Positions 40,498 to 51,104 are shown, counted from the stretch's first letter. The stretch is DNA of 64,000 nt from Candidatus Omnitrophota bacterium (GCA_026387335.1 JAPLLX010000002.1:13326-77325); one strand, 5' to 3'. Notes: generated from the letters alone by a model not told the origin. Numbers and translations: made by a program.

Positions 40498-41880
40498 ATG
40501 GGAAAAAATAAAAGTTTTCGTCTTCAACTCTTTCAATATAAAAGGGTTGATTTTTTTTATATTTTAATCTGCTTAGCTTGTACTCTTCTTGTTTTTACTC
40601 AAGCCTCAAGCGAAAATGAAAACAAAGATAGCCCGGTTGTCCTTTCTTCGCTAAAAGACGCCATCAATATCGCCCTCAAGAGTAATCTCAACATCCAAAT
40701 GCAGGAAAAAGAGGTCGCTGCCAGCCGTTCCGATATCATAGTGGCTAAAAGCGTATTTTTCCCTCAGCTAAGCCTGGACGCCAGCTATACTCATAATGAC
40801 AAGGTTTTCGCCGAGAATATATTCACCGGGTTTAAGAACGATAATAGCCTGGGTCTTGCCTTAAACCAGAGTATTTACAGCGGCGGAGCGAATTACGCGA
40901 ATTTTAAGCAAGCCATCCTTAAATTAAAAATACAGGAAGAGACACTTAGGTCCCGCAAGCTGGATATAGAGTTTGAAGCAAAAAGGCTTTATTACGGCCT
41001 GCTCCTTGCCTATGAAACAGAGCGGATAACCGAGGATCTCTTTAATCAGGCCAAAGCGCATTATGAAGACGTAAAACAGAAGTTTAGCCAAGGCACAGCC
41101 TCCAGGTTTGACGTTTTACAATCCAGCGTGCAGGTCTCTAAGATTATGCCGGAGTTGGTAAAAGCCAAGAACGCGGTGGAATTGATAAAGGCGGACCTTA
41201 AGAAATTGTTAAAGATTAAGATGTTGGATGACTTAAAGGTTGAAGATAAACTCGGCTACTCCTTGGTCGATATTAATGAACCGGAATTCTTAAAAGTAGC
41301 CTATTTAAACCAGCCGGCTATGAATTTGAAAACTTTAGGGATTGATGTAAATAAATGGGCGATCCAATTGGCCAAGGCTACTAACCGGCCGCAGGTCAAT
41401 GCCGGGTTTAATTATAACTTACGCTCTAATAACCTAGGCAATATTACGGATAGCCAGTATCGTAACTGGAACGCTGGTATAGCGGTAAGCGTGCCCATAT
41501 TTGACGGATTTTCTTCCAAAGGGAAAGTGGATGCCGCCAAGGTGCGTTATGAAGAGGCGTTCCTGGATAAAGAAAATATAGCGGACCAGATAGCGGTAGA
41601 TATAAAGAAGGCCTGTCTGGACTTAAAGCAGTCAAAATCAATCATTGATTATACAAAAGATAATATCGGAGAAGCTAAAGAGGCTTTAAAGATTTCCGAA
41701 GTAAGCTATGACAATGGCGAGGGGACCAACCTGGATATATTGGACGCGCAGGTTTCCTTAAGCCAGATAGAAAAGGATTATTCTAACGGGATTTACGATT
41801 ATCTTATGGCCCAGGCTTTTCTGGATAAGACGATGGCCAGGTTTTCTTTAGGGGAGGAAAAAAATGAAAAAAAGAGCTAA
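40498..41880 (+). CDS. TolC family outer membrane efflux protein
   Basis: SLKDAI..AL..N, FPQLSL, PIFDGF, Y..G..T.LD.LDAQ. Confidence 0.9.
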   Translation: MGKNKSFRLQLFQYKRVDFFYILICLACTLLVFTQASSENENKDSPVVLSSLKDAINIALKSNLNIQMQEKEVAASRSDIIVAKSVFFPQLSLDASYTHNDKVFAENIFTGFKNDNSLGLALNQSIYSGGANYANFKQAILKLKIQEETLRSRKLDIEFEAKRLYYGLLLAYETERITEDLFNQAKAHYEDVKQKFSQGTASRFDVLQSSVQVSKIMPELVKAKNAVELIKADLKKLLKIKMLDDLKVEDKLGYSLVDINEPEFLKVAYLNQPAMNLKTLGIDVNKWAIQLAKATNRPQVNAGFNYNLRSNNLGNITDSQYRNWNAGIAVSVPIFDGFSSKGKVDAAKVRYEEAFLDKENIADQIAVDIKKACLDLKQSKSIIDYTKDNIGEAKEALKISEVSYDNGEGTNLDILDAQVSLSQIEKDYSNGIYDYLMAQAFLDKTMARFSLGEEKNEKKS

Positions 41881-42700
41881 TTTTATAATAATCATTATCG
41901 CCGCGGCGATCATCGCGTTATTATTATTTTTATATGTTCAAGAGATTAGAAAAGAGCATAATCATACGATTAAGGTCTCCGGAAACATTGAAGGAGACGA
42001 TGTGCGCCTTTCTTTTCGCGTTGAAGGCCAGATCGAAGAGCTTTTAACCGATGAGGGGATGATTATTAAAAAAGGCGATATAGTGGCTAAGCTGAAGACC
42101 GACGAACTCTCTAAAATTCGGGATAATGCCGACGGCGCTTTAAGGGCGACAGAGTTTGAATACGCGCTGGCTAAAATTGATTATGAGCGGGCAGAGAACC
42201 TGCTTACCGCCGGAGCCACGACTACCCAAAAGCGGGACGCGGCTAAAACCAAAGCTGATTCCTTGAAGGCGGAAATTGAAAAACTCAAGGCTTCTTTGGA
42301 TCTGGCCCAGACTAGGTTAGATTTTACGAGTTTAATTTCTCCTCTTGATGGTTATGTGTTGATTAAAAGCGCTCTACCCGGAGAAGTGGTCCAGATAGGC
42401 GCTCCGGTATTTACTGCTGTTGACCTGGATACTCTTTGGGTCACTGCTTATATAAATGAGACGGATTTAGGCAGGGTAAAGCTGAATCAGAAGGCGGATG
42501 TGCAGACAGATACTTATCGCGGCAAGAAATATAGCGGCCGGGTTTCATTTATATCCTCACAAACAGAATTCACTCCCAAATACATCCAGACTGCTGAAGA
42601 AATAGTCAAATATGTTTACAGGATAAAAGTCAGAGTGGATAATTCCAGCCTGGACCTTAAGCCCGGGATGCCCGCAGACGCCTATATTATGGCTGACTAA
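41864..42700 (+). CDS. HlyD/YbhG-like periplasmic adaptor
   Basis: SGNIE, lipoyl-like EG..IKKGD, SPLDG, EFTPK.IQT, LKPGMPAD. Confidence 0.9.
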   Translation: MKKRANFIIIIIAAAIIALLLFLYVQEIRKEHNHTIKVSGNIEGDDVRLSFRVEGQIEELLTDEGMIIKKGDIVAKLKTDELSKIRDNADGALRATEFEYALAKIDYERAENLLTAGATTTQKRDAAKTKADSLKAEIEKLKASLDLAQTRLDFTSLISPLDGYVLIKSALPGEVVQIGAPVFTAVDLDTLWVTAYINETDLGRVKLNQKADVQTDTYRGKKYSGRVSFISSQTEFTPKYIQTAEEIVKYVYRIKVRVDNSSLDLKPGMPADAYIMAD

Positions 42701-42712
42701 GCCGCTTCTCTT

Positions 42713-43444
42713 ATGGTTACCATAAAGACTGAAAACCTCACCCGTAAATTCGCTAATCTTACAGCTTTGGACCAGCTTAATCTTGAGGTCCAGGAAGGGG
42801 AGATTTTCGGATTAGTCGGGCCGGACGGAGCAGGTAAAACTACTACTATGCGCCTTTTGACCGGAATATTAGATCCCACCGAAGGGCAAGCCTGGGTTTA
42901 TAATAAGCACACCGTAAAGCAAGCAGAGGAGTTAAAAGAGCATATCGCTTATATGTCTCAGCGCTTCGGGCTTTATGAAGAGTTAAGCGTAATGGAGAAT
43001 ATTAATTTTTACGCCGATGTTTACGGCGTGGCAAAAGATAAGCGCGGTGAAGCAATTGAACGGTTGCTGGGATTTTCCGGGCTACTGCCTTTTAAGGAGC
43101 GCTTTGCCGGAAAGCTCTCCGGCGGAATGAAGCAAAAATTGGGGCTGGCCTGCGCTCTTATACATACACCGAAAGTTTTATTTCTGGATGAACCCACCAA
43201 CGGAGTTGACCCTGTATCGCGCAGGGATTTCTGGAAGATACTCTACGATTTGCTTAAAGAGAAGGTGACTATATTCTGTTCCACCTGCTATCTGGATGAG
43301 GCTGAGCGCTGCCGCAGGGTAGGGCTTATGCACAAAGGCAAGCTCCTGCGCTGCGATACGCCGGGGAATATTAAGAAAGAATGCAATGTTAAAACCTTGG
43401 AAGAAGCCTTTATCCATATAGTTAACGCATATGAAAGAAAATAG
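42713..43444 (+). CDS. ABC transporter ATP-binding protein
   Basis: GPDGAGKTT, LSGGMKQK, LDEPT. Confidence 0.95.
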   Translation: MVTIKTENLTRKFANLTALDQLNLEVQEGEIFGLVGPDGAGKTTTMRLLTGILDPTEGQAWVYNKHTVKQAEELKEHIAYMSQRFGLYEELSVMENINFYADVYGVAKDKRGEAIERLLGFSGLLPFKERFAGKLSGGMKQKLGLACALIHTPKVLFLDEPTNGVDPVSRRDFWKILYDLLKEKVTIFCSTCYLDEAERCRRVGLMHKGKLLRCDTPGNIKKECNVKTLEEAFIHIVNAYERK

Positions 43445-44396
43445 CCTGAATAATATAGCCGTAAGCGTGCAAGACTTAGAAAAAAAATTCGGAGCTTTTA
43501 CCGCGGTCAACCGGATAAACTTTGAAGTTAAGCGGGGAGAGATTTTTGGATTTTTAGGGCCTAACGGCGCGGGAAAATCTACCACTATCAGGATGCTCTG
43601 TGGTATCATTCCCCCGACTTCAGGCAAAGGTGAGGTAGGAGGTTTTGATATTATCAAAGAGCAGTATAAGATTAAAGAAAATATCGGTTATATGTCGCAG
43701 AAGTTTTCGCTCTATAATGATCTAACCATAGAAGAGAACATTAATTTTTATAGCGGGATATATAAAATCCCCCAAAAAGAAAAAAAAGAACGCCTGGAAT
43801 TAACTATCCGCACCGCCGGGCTTGAGGGTATGGAATCAAATCTTACCGCGACCCTGGCCGGAGGCTGGAAGCAGCGCCTGGCTTTAGGGTGCGCGTTAAT
43901 CCATAAGCCTAAAATTATATTTTTGGATGAACCGACTTCCGGGGTTGATCCTATTACCAGAAATAATTTCTGGAATATTATTAAAGGGCTGGCTCAAGAA
44001 GGGGTGACTGTTTTTGTCACCACCCATTATATGGATGAGGCGGAAAATTGTAACCGGATGGTCTTGATTTATCACGGCACAATTATTGCCAGCGGCTCTC
44101 CGGAAGAAATGAAGACTAAGTGTATGCAGAATGAGGTGCTGGAAATTACTTTGGATAACGCCCAAGACTGGCTGGATAAAATCGCTGAAATCGAGGGGGT
44201 TAAAGAAGCAGCGCTTTTCGGCGCGGATATCCACGCTGTTGTCTATGACAGCGCAAAATCTATTCCCCAGATAAAAGAATTCCTGCAAAAAGAGGGAGTG
44301 CAGGGAGCGGGCATTATTAAGATTTCTCCGTCGCTAGAGGATGTCTTTGTCTCCTCAATAGAAAACTATGATGCGGCTCAACCTAAGAAGAATTAA
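43431..44396 (+). CDS. ABC transporter ATP-binding protein
   Basis: GPNGAGKST, LAGGWKQR, LDEPT, THYMDEAE. Confidence 0.95.
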   Translation: MKENSLNNIAVSVQDLEKKFGAFTAVNRINFEVKRGEIFGFLGPNGAGKSTTIRMLCGIIPPTSGKGEVGGFDIIKEQYKIKENIGYMSQKFSLYNDLTIEENINFYSGIYKIPQKEKKERLELTIRTAGLEGMESNLTATLAGGWKQRLALGCALIHKPKIIFLDEPTSGVDPITRNNFWNIIKGLAQEGVTVFVTTHYMDEAENCNRMVLIYHGTIIASGSPEEMKTKCMQNEVLEITLDNAQDWLDKIAEIEGVKEAALFGADIHAVVYDSAKSIPQIKEFLQKEGVQGAGIIKISPSLEDVFVSSIENYDAAQPKKN

Positions 44397-45510
44397 GGCT
44401 ATAGCCTGGAAGGAATTTATCCAGATCCGGCGCGACCCGCGTTCCCTGGGGTTAGCCCTGGCTATTCCCATATTCCTGCTTTTAATTTTTGGTTACGGGC
44501 TCTCTCTGGATATTGACCATGTACGCACTCTGGTCTGGAACCAGGATGCCTCTTCTGAGCTGACCCGGGATTTCCTGTTAAATTTTCAGAATTCCAAGTA
44601 TTTTAAGATCATAGGCTACACGGATAACTACCGGGAAATTGAACATAAGATTGATAGCGGCCAAATATTGCTGGCGTTGGTCATTCCTAAAGATTTCTCA
44701 TTTTATATTAAGTCCGGTAAAACTGCTCCGTTGCAGCTGATTGTGGACGGAAGCGATGCCAATACCGCTACAATAGCTCTGGGGTATGTACGAACAGTCG
44801 TTGCCAACTACAATGTGAATCTCTTAAGCAGCGCGATGGCGTCCCAAGGATTAAAACCGGTTAAAGCGCCTGAGGCCCGCTCGAGGATCTGGTTTAATAT
44901 GGGCCTGGTCAGCACCTGGTTCATTGTCCCCGGAGTAATCGCCATGATCATTATGATCATTGCCGCGCTCCTTACTTCCATTTGCGTCGCCCGGGAGTGG
45001 GAGAGGGGAACGATGGAGCAATTGATTTCAACTCCCGTAAAAGCCCCGGAATTAATACTGGGTAAACTCGTACCCTATTTTACCATCGGTTTCTTTGACC
45101 TTACGGTGGGAGTGTTGATGGCCAGGATTTTATTTAGTATTCCTTTCAGAGGTAGTTATCTTATACTTATTATTTTAAGCGCGCTATTTTTAATCGGCGC
45201 CCTATCCCAGGGAATATTAATTTCGGTAGTTGCCCGGACGCAGTTGATGGCCTCTCAACTTGCCAGCCTCTCTACACTTCTGCCGACCATGCTCCTATCC
45301 GGGTTTATCTACCCGATTTTTAATATGCCTAAAGTCATACAGGCGGTCACTTACTTTATCCCCGCGCGCTATTACATTGTCGTCTTAAGAGAATCATTCT
45401 TAAAAGGCGGGTCTATACTTGCTCTCTGGGATGAAACAGTTTTTCTGATATTATTTGCCGCGATGATGTTAGGTCTGGCAATGCGAAAATTTAAGAAAAA
45501 GGTGGCTTAA
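44368..45510 (+). CDS. ABC-2 permease (YbhS-like)
   Basis: KEF.QI.RDP, DGSD, REWERGTMEQL. Confidence 0.92.
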   Translation: MMRLNLRRIKAIAWKEFIQIRRDPRSLGLALAIPIFLLLIFGYGLSLDIDHVRTLVWNQDASSELTRDFLLNFQNSKYFKIIGYTDNYREIEHKIDSGQILLALVIPKDFSFYIKSGKTAPLQLIVDGSDANTATIALGYVRTVVANYNVNLLSSAMASQGLKPVKAPEARSRIWFNMGLVSTWFIVPGVIAMIIMIIAALLTSICVAREWERGTMEQLISTPVKAPELILGKLVPYFTIGFFDLTVGVLMARILFSIPFRGSYLILIILSALFLIGALSQGILISVVARTQLMASQLASLSTLLPTMLLSGFIYPIFNMPKVIQAVTYFIPARYYIVVLRESFLKGGSILALWDETVFLILFAAMMLGLAMRKFKKKVA

Positions 45511-45513
45511 GCT

Positions 45514-46641
45514 ATGTTTGAACGTTCCAAGGCGATTTTAATCAAAGAATTTAAACAGATATTCCGCGACCCGCGGATGAAGACAGTGATTTTTATCACC
45601 CCGCTTATTCAGATACTCCTCTTTGGTTATGCCGCCAATAAGGATATCACTTATGTTCCCACGGCTATTCTTGACCGGGATAATACGGCAGAAAGCAGGG
45701 AACTCCTGCGCCGGTTTACCTATTCTAAATATTTTATACCTGAGCATTATATCTTTAGCGAGAAAGAACAGAACCGGGTCCTGGATAAGGGCCTGGTCAA
45801 TACGGTTATCCACATTGACCGCGGGTTTGGCCGAGCGCTCACCGCCGATAAAGACGCGAATATCCAGCTGGCCTTTGACGGCACAGATTCAAATACAGCC
45901 ATGATTGTTATGGGTTATGCTAATACGATTATGAGCAATTACGTCTATGACCTGATGCAGGAAGAGGCTGACGCCAGCGGCAGGGTGAGCAGTGTGCCGA
46001 GCGTAGATTTAAGGGAACGCGCCTGGTTTAACGGGAATCTTATTTCCAGGAACTATTATCTTCCGGGGGTGATCGCCATTATCGTGACCATGATGTCTCT
46101 TTTACTGACCTCTATGGCTATAGTCAAAGAGAAAGAAATCGGCACAATGGAACAGTTGATTGTCAGCCCTCTAAAGCCGCTTGACCTTATTGTGGGTAAA
46201 CTTCTTCCTTTTGCCATAATCTCGCTGGTTCAGATTACGCTGGTGACCATATTGGGGGTGCTTTGGTTTCATATACCATTAAGGGGGAGCCTACCGCTGC
46301 TGCTATTATCTACCTGCGTATATTTATTTACTACTTTAGGGATAGGACTTTTTATTTCCACGATATCCTCAACCCAGCAGGAGGCGATGATGTCGGTTTT
46401 TCTTTTTTATATGCCGACAGTCCTCTTATCCGGGTTTGCCTATCCGATAGCCAATATGCCCCAGGTGATCCAGTGGTTTACTTTTATCAACCCTTTACGC
46501 TATTTTATGGTGGTTGTCCGCAGCATATTCTTAAAAGGAGTGGGGCTTGACATTCTCTGGACGCAGCTTGTCCCGTTATTGATTATGGGGATTTTAGTCA
46601 TTAGTTTCAGCGCCCTGAGGTTCCGCAAGAGCTTAGGGTAG
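45514..46641 (+). CDS. ABC-2 permease (YbhR-like)
   Basis: KEF.QI.RDP, KEKEIGTMEQL, NPLRYF. Confidence 0.92.
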   Translation: MFERSKAILIKEFKQIFRDPRMKTVIFITPLIQILLFGYAANKDITYVPTAILDRDNTAESRELLRRFTYSKYFIPEHYIFSEKEQNRVLDKGLVNTVIHIDRGFGRALTADKDANIQLAFDGTDSNTAMIVMGYANTIMSNYVYDLMQEEADASGRVSSVPSVDLRERAWFNGNLISRNYYLPGVIAIIVTMMSLLLTSMAIVKEKEIGTMEQLIVSPLKPLDLIVGKLLPFAIISLVQITLVTILGVLWFHIPLRGSLPLLLLSTCVYLFTTLGIGLFISTISSTQQEAMMSVFLFYMPTVLLSGFAYPIANMPQVIQWFTFINPLRYFMVVVRSIFLKGVGLDILWTQLVPLLIMGILVISFSALRFRKSLG

Positions 46642-46692
46642 TTAGAAAAGAATTAAGATGAAAAATAGCGTTTTGAATGGTAAAATGAGGCT

Positions 46693-47532
46693 ATGAAAAC
46701 TTTTATACTTTTGTTTCAGTGCAGGGACCAAAAAGGGATTGTCGCTAAACTGGCGGATTTTATTTTTAAGGCCGGCGGTAATATCATTAACGCTGACCAG
46801 TATTCTACGGACCCGGCAGGCGGATATTTCTTTATCAGAGTAGAGTTTCTAATTAACGCGCCATCAGGGAAAGCTGCCCTAGAGAAGGGTTTAAGCGTTA
46901 TCGCTAAGAGCTTACAGGCGAAGTTTTCGCTCTATGATAAGGAAAAACCGCTGCGTATGGGCATATGCGTTTCTAGCCCCGGGCATTGCCTGGCGGAGAT
47001 ATTATATTTATGGAGAGAGCGGGAGTTAAACGTAGATACACCTTTGGTCATCTCTAACTTTGAGGGGCACCGGGAATTCGCCAGGCAGTATAAGGTCCCG
47101 TTTTATTTTATTCCGGCGACTAAGAATAGCCGCAGGGAAGGAGAATTATTAAAGATAGTTTCTCGAGACACTGATTTTTTGGTGCTCGCCCGCTATATGC
47201 TTGTGCTATCTAAGAAATTCCTTAACGCTTATGGCAAAGACATTATAAATATTCATCACGGGTTTCTGCCTTCGTTTAAAGGGAGTAATCCTTATGGGCA
47301 GGCGCTTAATCAAGGCGTTAAGGTGATCGGCGCGACCAGTCATTTTGTGGCTGAAAAACTGGATACTGGCCCGATTATTACCCAGGAAGTAGAATACGTC
47401 TCGCATAAAGATGCCTTAAAGGATTTGGTGCGTAAGGGTAAGAATTTAGAGAAGAGGGCATTAGTTGAGGCTATCCGCGCCTATATTGACTACCGCGTCA
47501 TTAAACACAATAATAAAACCATAGTCTTTTAA
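46693..47532 (+). CDS. purU: Formyltetrahydrofolate deformylase
   Basis: ACT domain C.DQKGIVA, LARYM, INIHH.FLPSF.G, GVK.IGATSH.V...LD.GPII.Q. Confidence 0.93.
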   Translation: MKTFILLFQCRDQKGIVAKLADFIFKAGGNIINADQYSTDPAGGYFFIRVEFLINAPSGKAALEKGLSVIAKSLQAKFSLYDKEKPLRMGICVSSPGHCLAEILYLWRERELNVDTPLVISNFEGHREFARQYKVPFYFIPATKNSRREGELLKIVSRDTDFLVLARYMLVLSKKFLNAYGKDIINIHHGFLPSFKGSNPYGQALNQGVKVIGATSHFVAEKLDTGPIITQEVEYVSHKDALKDLVRKGKNLEKRALVEAIRAYIDYRVIKHNNKTIVF

Positions 47533-47592
47533 TAGGGACAGCGACCATTTTTCTTGGTCGCAGAGAAGAGAAAAATGGTCGCTGTCCCTATT
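47531..47592. repeat. Palindrome family 1, copy G
   Basis: Core identical to copy H. Confidence 0.95.
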
Positions 47593-47607
47593 TATAGGAA
47601 ACTAAAG

Positions 47608-48675
47608 ATGAAACGAGTCAATAAAATTATATTATGGGTCTTAGTTTCGTTTTTTAGCCTTTTTATCCTCGCTAATATCGCAATCTCCGTATTTGCCAAA
47701 CAAATAGTGGTTAAGCAGATAGAGCAGAATTTAAAACTACCCGCGACTCTTGGGTCCATCAGGCTCGCGTTTCCTTTCTCAATAGATTTAAATGAACTTA
47801 CAGTCGGTGATTTATTTAAGGCTAAGCGGTTATCTGTTTCGCCTAACCTATTGGGCTTTTTTGCGGGTAAGATTGTGCTTGACCGGGTAGCTTTGGTCAA
47901 TCCGGTGATTAATCTCAAGCAGGCTAACGATGGGAGTTTGAATTTACCAAAGTTAGAACAAAAAGGCAAACAACCGCCGGTTTATCTATTGAGCTTAAGT
48001 ATAAAAAACGGTGAGTTTATCTTTACCGATAAAAAAATTAGTCCTTTAGGCTATAAGGTTATTTTAGGAAGTATAGACGTTAATATTTCTAAAGTCTTAC
48101 TCCCGGTGACTTCGCTTAAAACAAATTTTAAGGTTTCTTTAGATGTGTTGGATTCTAATAATATGAAATTAGGGAGCGCGGGGCTTACAGGTTGGGTTGA
48201 CTTTGGGCCTAAAGATATGGATGGTATTTTAACCGTAAAAGACCTTGACCTCACTTATTTTTCTCCCTATTACGGGAATTTTATCTCTAGTAAGAAACTC
48301 CTTTCAGCTAAACTCAATATAAATTCTACTTTTAAATCCGAAAATAATAACCTGAAAATCCTGACTGACTTTAAGCTTGCAAATTTAGTTTATGCGCAAG
48401 AAGAAGAAAGCGGGCTTGCGGAGTTAGACCTGACCAAGAACGCCTTGGATTTCTTCACCGATTCCAAAGGAAATCTGAATTTAGAGTTTGAGGTTAATAC
48501 AAAACTGGATAATCCCAGTATAAGCGTTTCCGAACTTAAAAAAATCATCCTCAAGACTGCGGCTAAAAACCTCTCTAACCAATCTCCGCAAGACCTGATC
48601 ACAAAAGTGAATGATAATATTGAACAATTTAAGGCCATAGGTAAGACCTTAAAAAGCATATTTAAAGGCGAATAA
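47608..48675 (+). CDS. AsmA/DUF748-like membrane-anchored protein
   Basis: N-terminal TM, P.INL....DGSLNL, DL..FSPY; start moved downstream of the repeat. Confidence 0.65.
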   Translation: MKRVNKIILWVLVSFFSLFILANIAISVFAKQIVVKQIEQNLKLPATLGSIRLAFPFSIDLNELTVGDLFKAKRLSVSPNLLGFFAGKIVLDRVALVNPVINLKQANDGSLNLPKLEQKGKQPPVYLLSLSIKNGEFIFTDKKISPLGYKVILGSIDVNISKVLLPVTSLKTNFKVSLDVLDSNNMKLGSAGLTGWVDFGPKDMDGILTVKDLDLTYFSPYYGNFISSKKLLSAKLNINSTFKSENNNLKILTDFKLANLVYAQEEESGLAELDLTKNALDFFTDSKGNLNLEFEVNTKLDNPSISVSELKKIILKTAAKNLSNQSPQDLITKVNDNIEQFKAIGKTLKSIFKGE

Positions 48676-48677
48676 AG

Positions 48678-49328
48678 ATGAGCGAACATAAGCCTAAATC
48701 TATCCAGAATATTGAAGAAAAAATGGAATCACTGGATACAAATTCATTGCGTTATCATATACTGGAGAGCGCTAAGAATTTTAAAATCTCCTGGATCGAA
48801 CTTGGGCGTTCACTTTACTCGGTATGGAAAGATAAATTATATAAGGATTGGGGTTTTAGCACGTTTGATATATATACCGCTAAAGAGATTGGAATAAGGA
48901 AACCTACGGCTATGAAGCTTCTGCGTTCGTATTATTTTCTGGAGAAAGAAGAACCGGCATATTTAAAAAATGACTATACCGAAGCAGCCAAGGTCCCCAG
49001 TTATGAGGCAGTGGATCTGTTGCGTAAGGCAAAAGATAAGAAAAACCTGGATGCGCAGGATTATTCTAAACTAAAAAAAGAAATTTTTGAGGATGGCAAA
49101 GATATCCAATCGGTAAAGCGGGATTTAACTTCTTTAATCCGGCAAAGGGAAGAGCTGGAGCCGCAAGAGGCGTATAAGAGAAGAAGGGTAGCGACCTTAA
49201 GAAGATTTATCGGCAGCTTAAAAGCGTTAAAACAGGAGGCAGAGATATCCAAATTGCTTCCCATGGCGCTTATTAAGGACGCTGGGGAGCTGATAAAGAA
49301 GATAGAAGAGCAAATTGAGAATAAATAG
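48678..49328 (+). CDS. Hypothetical protein
   Basis: 216-aa ORF (FK.SW.ELG..L, WGF.TF..Y..KE.GI); no function recognised. Confidence 0.75.
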   Translation: MSEHKPKSIQNIEEKMESLDTNSLRYHILESAKNFKISWIELGRSLYSVWKDKLYKDWGFSTFDIYTAKEIGIRKPTAMKLLRSYYFLEKEEPAYLKNDYTEAAKVPSYEAVDLLRKAKDKKNLDAQDYSKLKKEIFEDGKDIQSVKRDLTSLIRQREELEPQEAYKRRRVATLRRFIGSLKALKQEAEISKLLPMALIKDAGELIKKIEEQIENK

Positions 49329-49388
49329 GGACAGCGACCATTTTTCTTGGTCGCAGAGAAGAGAAAAATGGTCGCTGTCCCTATTTAT
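49321..49388. repeat. Palindrome family 1, copy H
   Basis: Core identical to copy G; supplies the TAG stop of the upstream ORF. Confidence 0.95.
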
Positions 49389-49394
49389 CATAAG

Positions 49395-51104
49395 ATGAAT
49401 ATAATTAAAATACTGGAAGAGAGAGCGCTGAATACCCCGGATAAACCCGCGGTATTTTTTAGGGAGCAGGTTATTTCATTCTTTAAGCTTAAGGATGTAT
49501 CTGCTCGTCTCGCCGGAGCTTTGAAGAAATTAGGCGTGAATAAGGGCGATAAAATAGCGCTATACCTGCCGAGTTGGCCGGAGTATATTTTTAGTTACTT
49601 GAGCATCTGGCGCCTGGGTGCTGTAGCCGTGCCTTTAGATTTTATGCTCACCGAAGATGAGCTGGTGGCCTGCCTTACGCATTCCGCAGCCAAAATTTTA
49701 ATTGCCAAATCTAAGGCCAACCTCTCTTTGGATGCACTTAAGAAAAGATGTCCGGGGTTAAAGCAGATAATCACCTGTCAGGATAAAGCCGAGGGGTTTT
49801 TATTTTTTGATGAATGCGTGGAAAAAAGCGAAGCGCAAGGTATGAACGCGGATGTGCAGGATAAAGATTACGCGATTATTTTTTATACCTCCGGGACCAC
49901 CGGAAAACCCAAAGGGGTGTTAATAAATTATCTGCAATTAAGCGCTCCTCCAAAATCTATGGAGTTTTTTGTCAATTCGGATTTAAGCGCTAAAGATACG
50001 ACTTTATGCGCCCTACCTTTTTCGCATCTGGGAGGGTTGATTTATATCCAGAACACAGTTGTTTTTGGCCTGAAGCTGGTTTTAATGGAGCGTTTTATCC
50101 CTTCGGAATTTTTAAAGAACATCCAAAACTATAAAGTTAACTTTTTCTGGCTCGTTCCTTCCATGTATTACGCGCTCTTACAATTAAAAGAATTTGAAAC
50201 ATTTGATTTGAGTTCTTTGCGTTGGATAGTTACTTTCGGCGCTTCTAATTCCGCGGATGCCCTGCGCAGATTCCATCAGTTCTGCCCTAAGGCGCATCTT
50301 TTAAACGGTTGGGGCCTGACCGAGACCAACGCGCCCAGCGTAGTCTTGGCTATGGGCTCAAAAAAAATAGAAAGCGTGGGCAGGCCTGCTCCGTGGATAG
50401 AGGTAAAGGTATTTGACGATACGGATAAAGAAGTTAAAACAGGCCAAGTCGGAGAGATTGTGGTTAAAAGTTGGGTAGTTACCGACGGGTATTATAAGGA
50501 TACCGCCCTGACCAAAGAAACTTTTAAGAACGGATGGTTTCATACAGGAGATTTGGGTAAATTTGACCCTGAAGGCGACCTCTATATCGTCGGCAGGAAA
50601 AAAGAGATGATCAAAGTGGGCGGAGAGATTGTTTTTGAGCCGGAGGTAGAGTCGGTAATTTACCGGCATCCGGATGTTGCCGAAGCAGCGGTTGTCGGCG
50701 TTACGGATAAATTAAGGGGAGAGTTGCCTAAGGCCTGGGTGGTTTTAAAAGATGGCAAGGCATTAAGCGAAGAAGACCTGCGTTATTTTTGCCGGGAGCA
50801 CCTGGCGCATTTTAAGATCCCGCATTATTTTGAATTTGTGAAGTCGCTTCCCAAAAATCGTACCGGAAAAATTGACAAAGAGCAACTCAGGGACGGTTCT
50901 CAAGCCAATCTTAAAGTGTCCCCTTTATGGGGACACTTTTGCTTTGAGTTGAGAACCGTCCCTAACTGTCTATGGAAGATATCACGAAGTTGTCCCTTGA
51001 GGAACTGGAAGATAAACTTAAAGGTAGTGGCGCTAAAGGCTATCATGCCGGCCAGATTTTCTCCTGGATTTATAATAAAGCAACCCTGGATTTCGCTGAA
51101 ATGA
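49395..51104 (+). CDS. Acyl-CoA ligase / adenylate-forming enzyme
   Basis: YTSGTTGKPKG, GWGLTET, HTGDLG, GRKKEMI, LPKNRTGKIDK; tail after residue EQLR derives from an inserted palindrome. Confidence 0.92.
   Translation: MNIIKILEERALNTPDKPAVFFREQVISFFKLKDVSARLAGALKKLGVNKGDKIALYLPSWPEYIFSYLSIWRLGAVAVPLDFMLTEDELVACLTHSAAKILIAKSKANLSLDALKKRCPGLKQIITCQDKAEGFLFFDECVEKSEAQGMNADVQDKDYAIIFYTSGTTGKPKGVLINYLQLSAPPKSMEFFVNSDLSAKDTTLCALPFSHLGGLIYIQNTVVFGLKLVLMERFIPSEFLKNIQNYKVNFFWLVPSMYYALLQLKEFETFDLSSLRWIVTFGASNSADALRRFHQFCPKAHLLNGWGLTETNAPSVVLAMGSKKIESVGRPAPWIEVKVFDDTDKEVKTGQVGEIVVKSWVVTDGYYKDTALTKETFKNGWFHTGDLGKFDPEGDLYIVGRKKEMIKVGGEIVFEPEVESVIYRHPDVAEAAVVGVTDKLRGELPKAWVVLKDGKALSEEDLRYFCREHLAHFKIPHYFEFVKSLPKNRTGKIDKEQLRDGSQANLKVSPLWGHFCFELRTVPNCLWKISRSCPLRNWKINLKVVALKAIMPARFSPGFIIKQPWISLK
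50889..50963. repeat. Palindrome family 2, copy 1
   Basis: AGGGACGGTTCTCAA...TTGAGAACCGTCCCT with nested AAAGTGTCCCC/GGGGACACTTT. Confidence 0.92.

Noticed and set aside
47554-49394. Identical N-termini MVAEKRKMVAVPIY on two ORFs
   Set aside because: Artefact of ORF calling through identical palindrome copies G and H; real starts are at 47608 and 49395.
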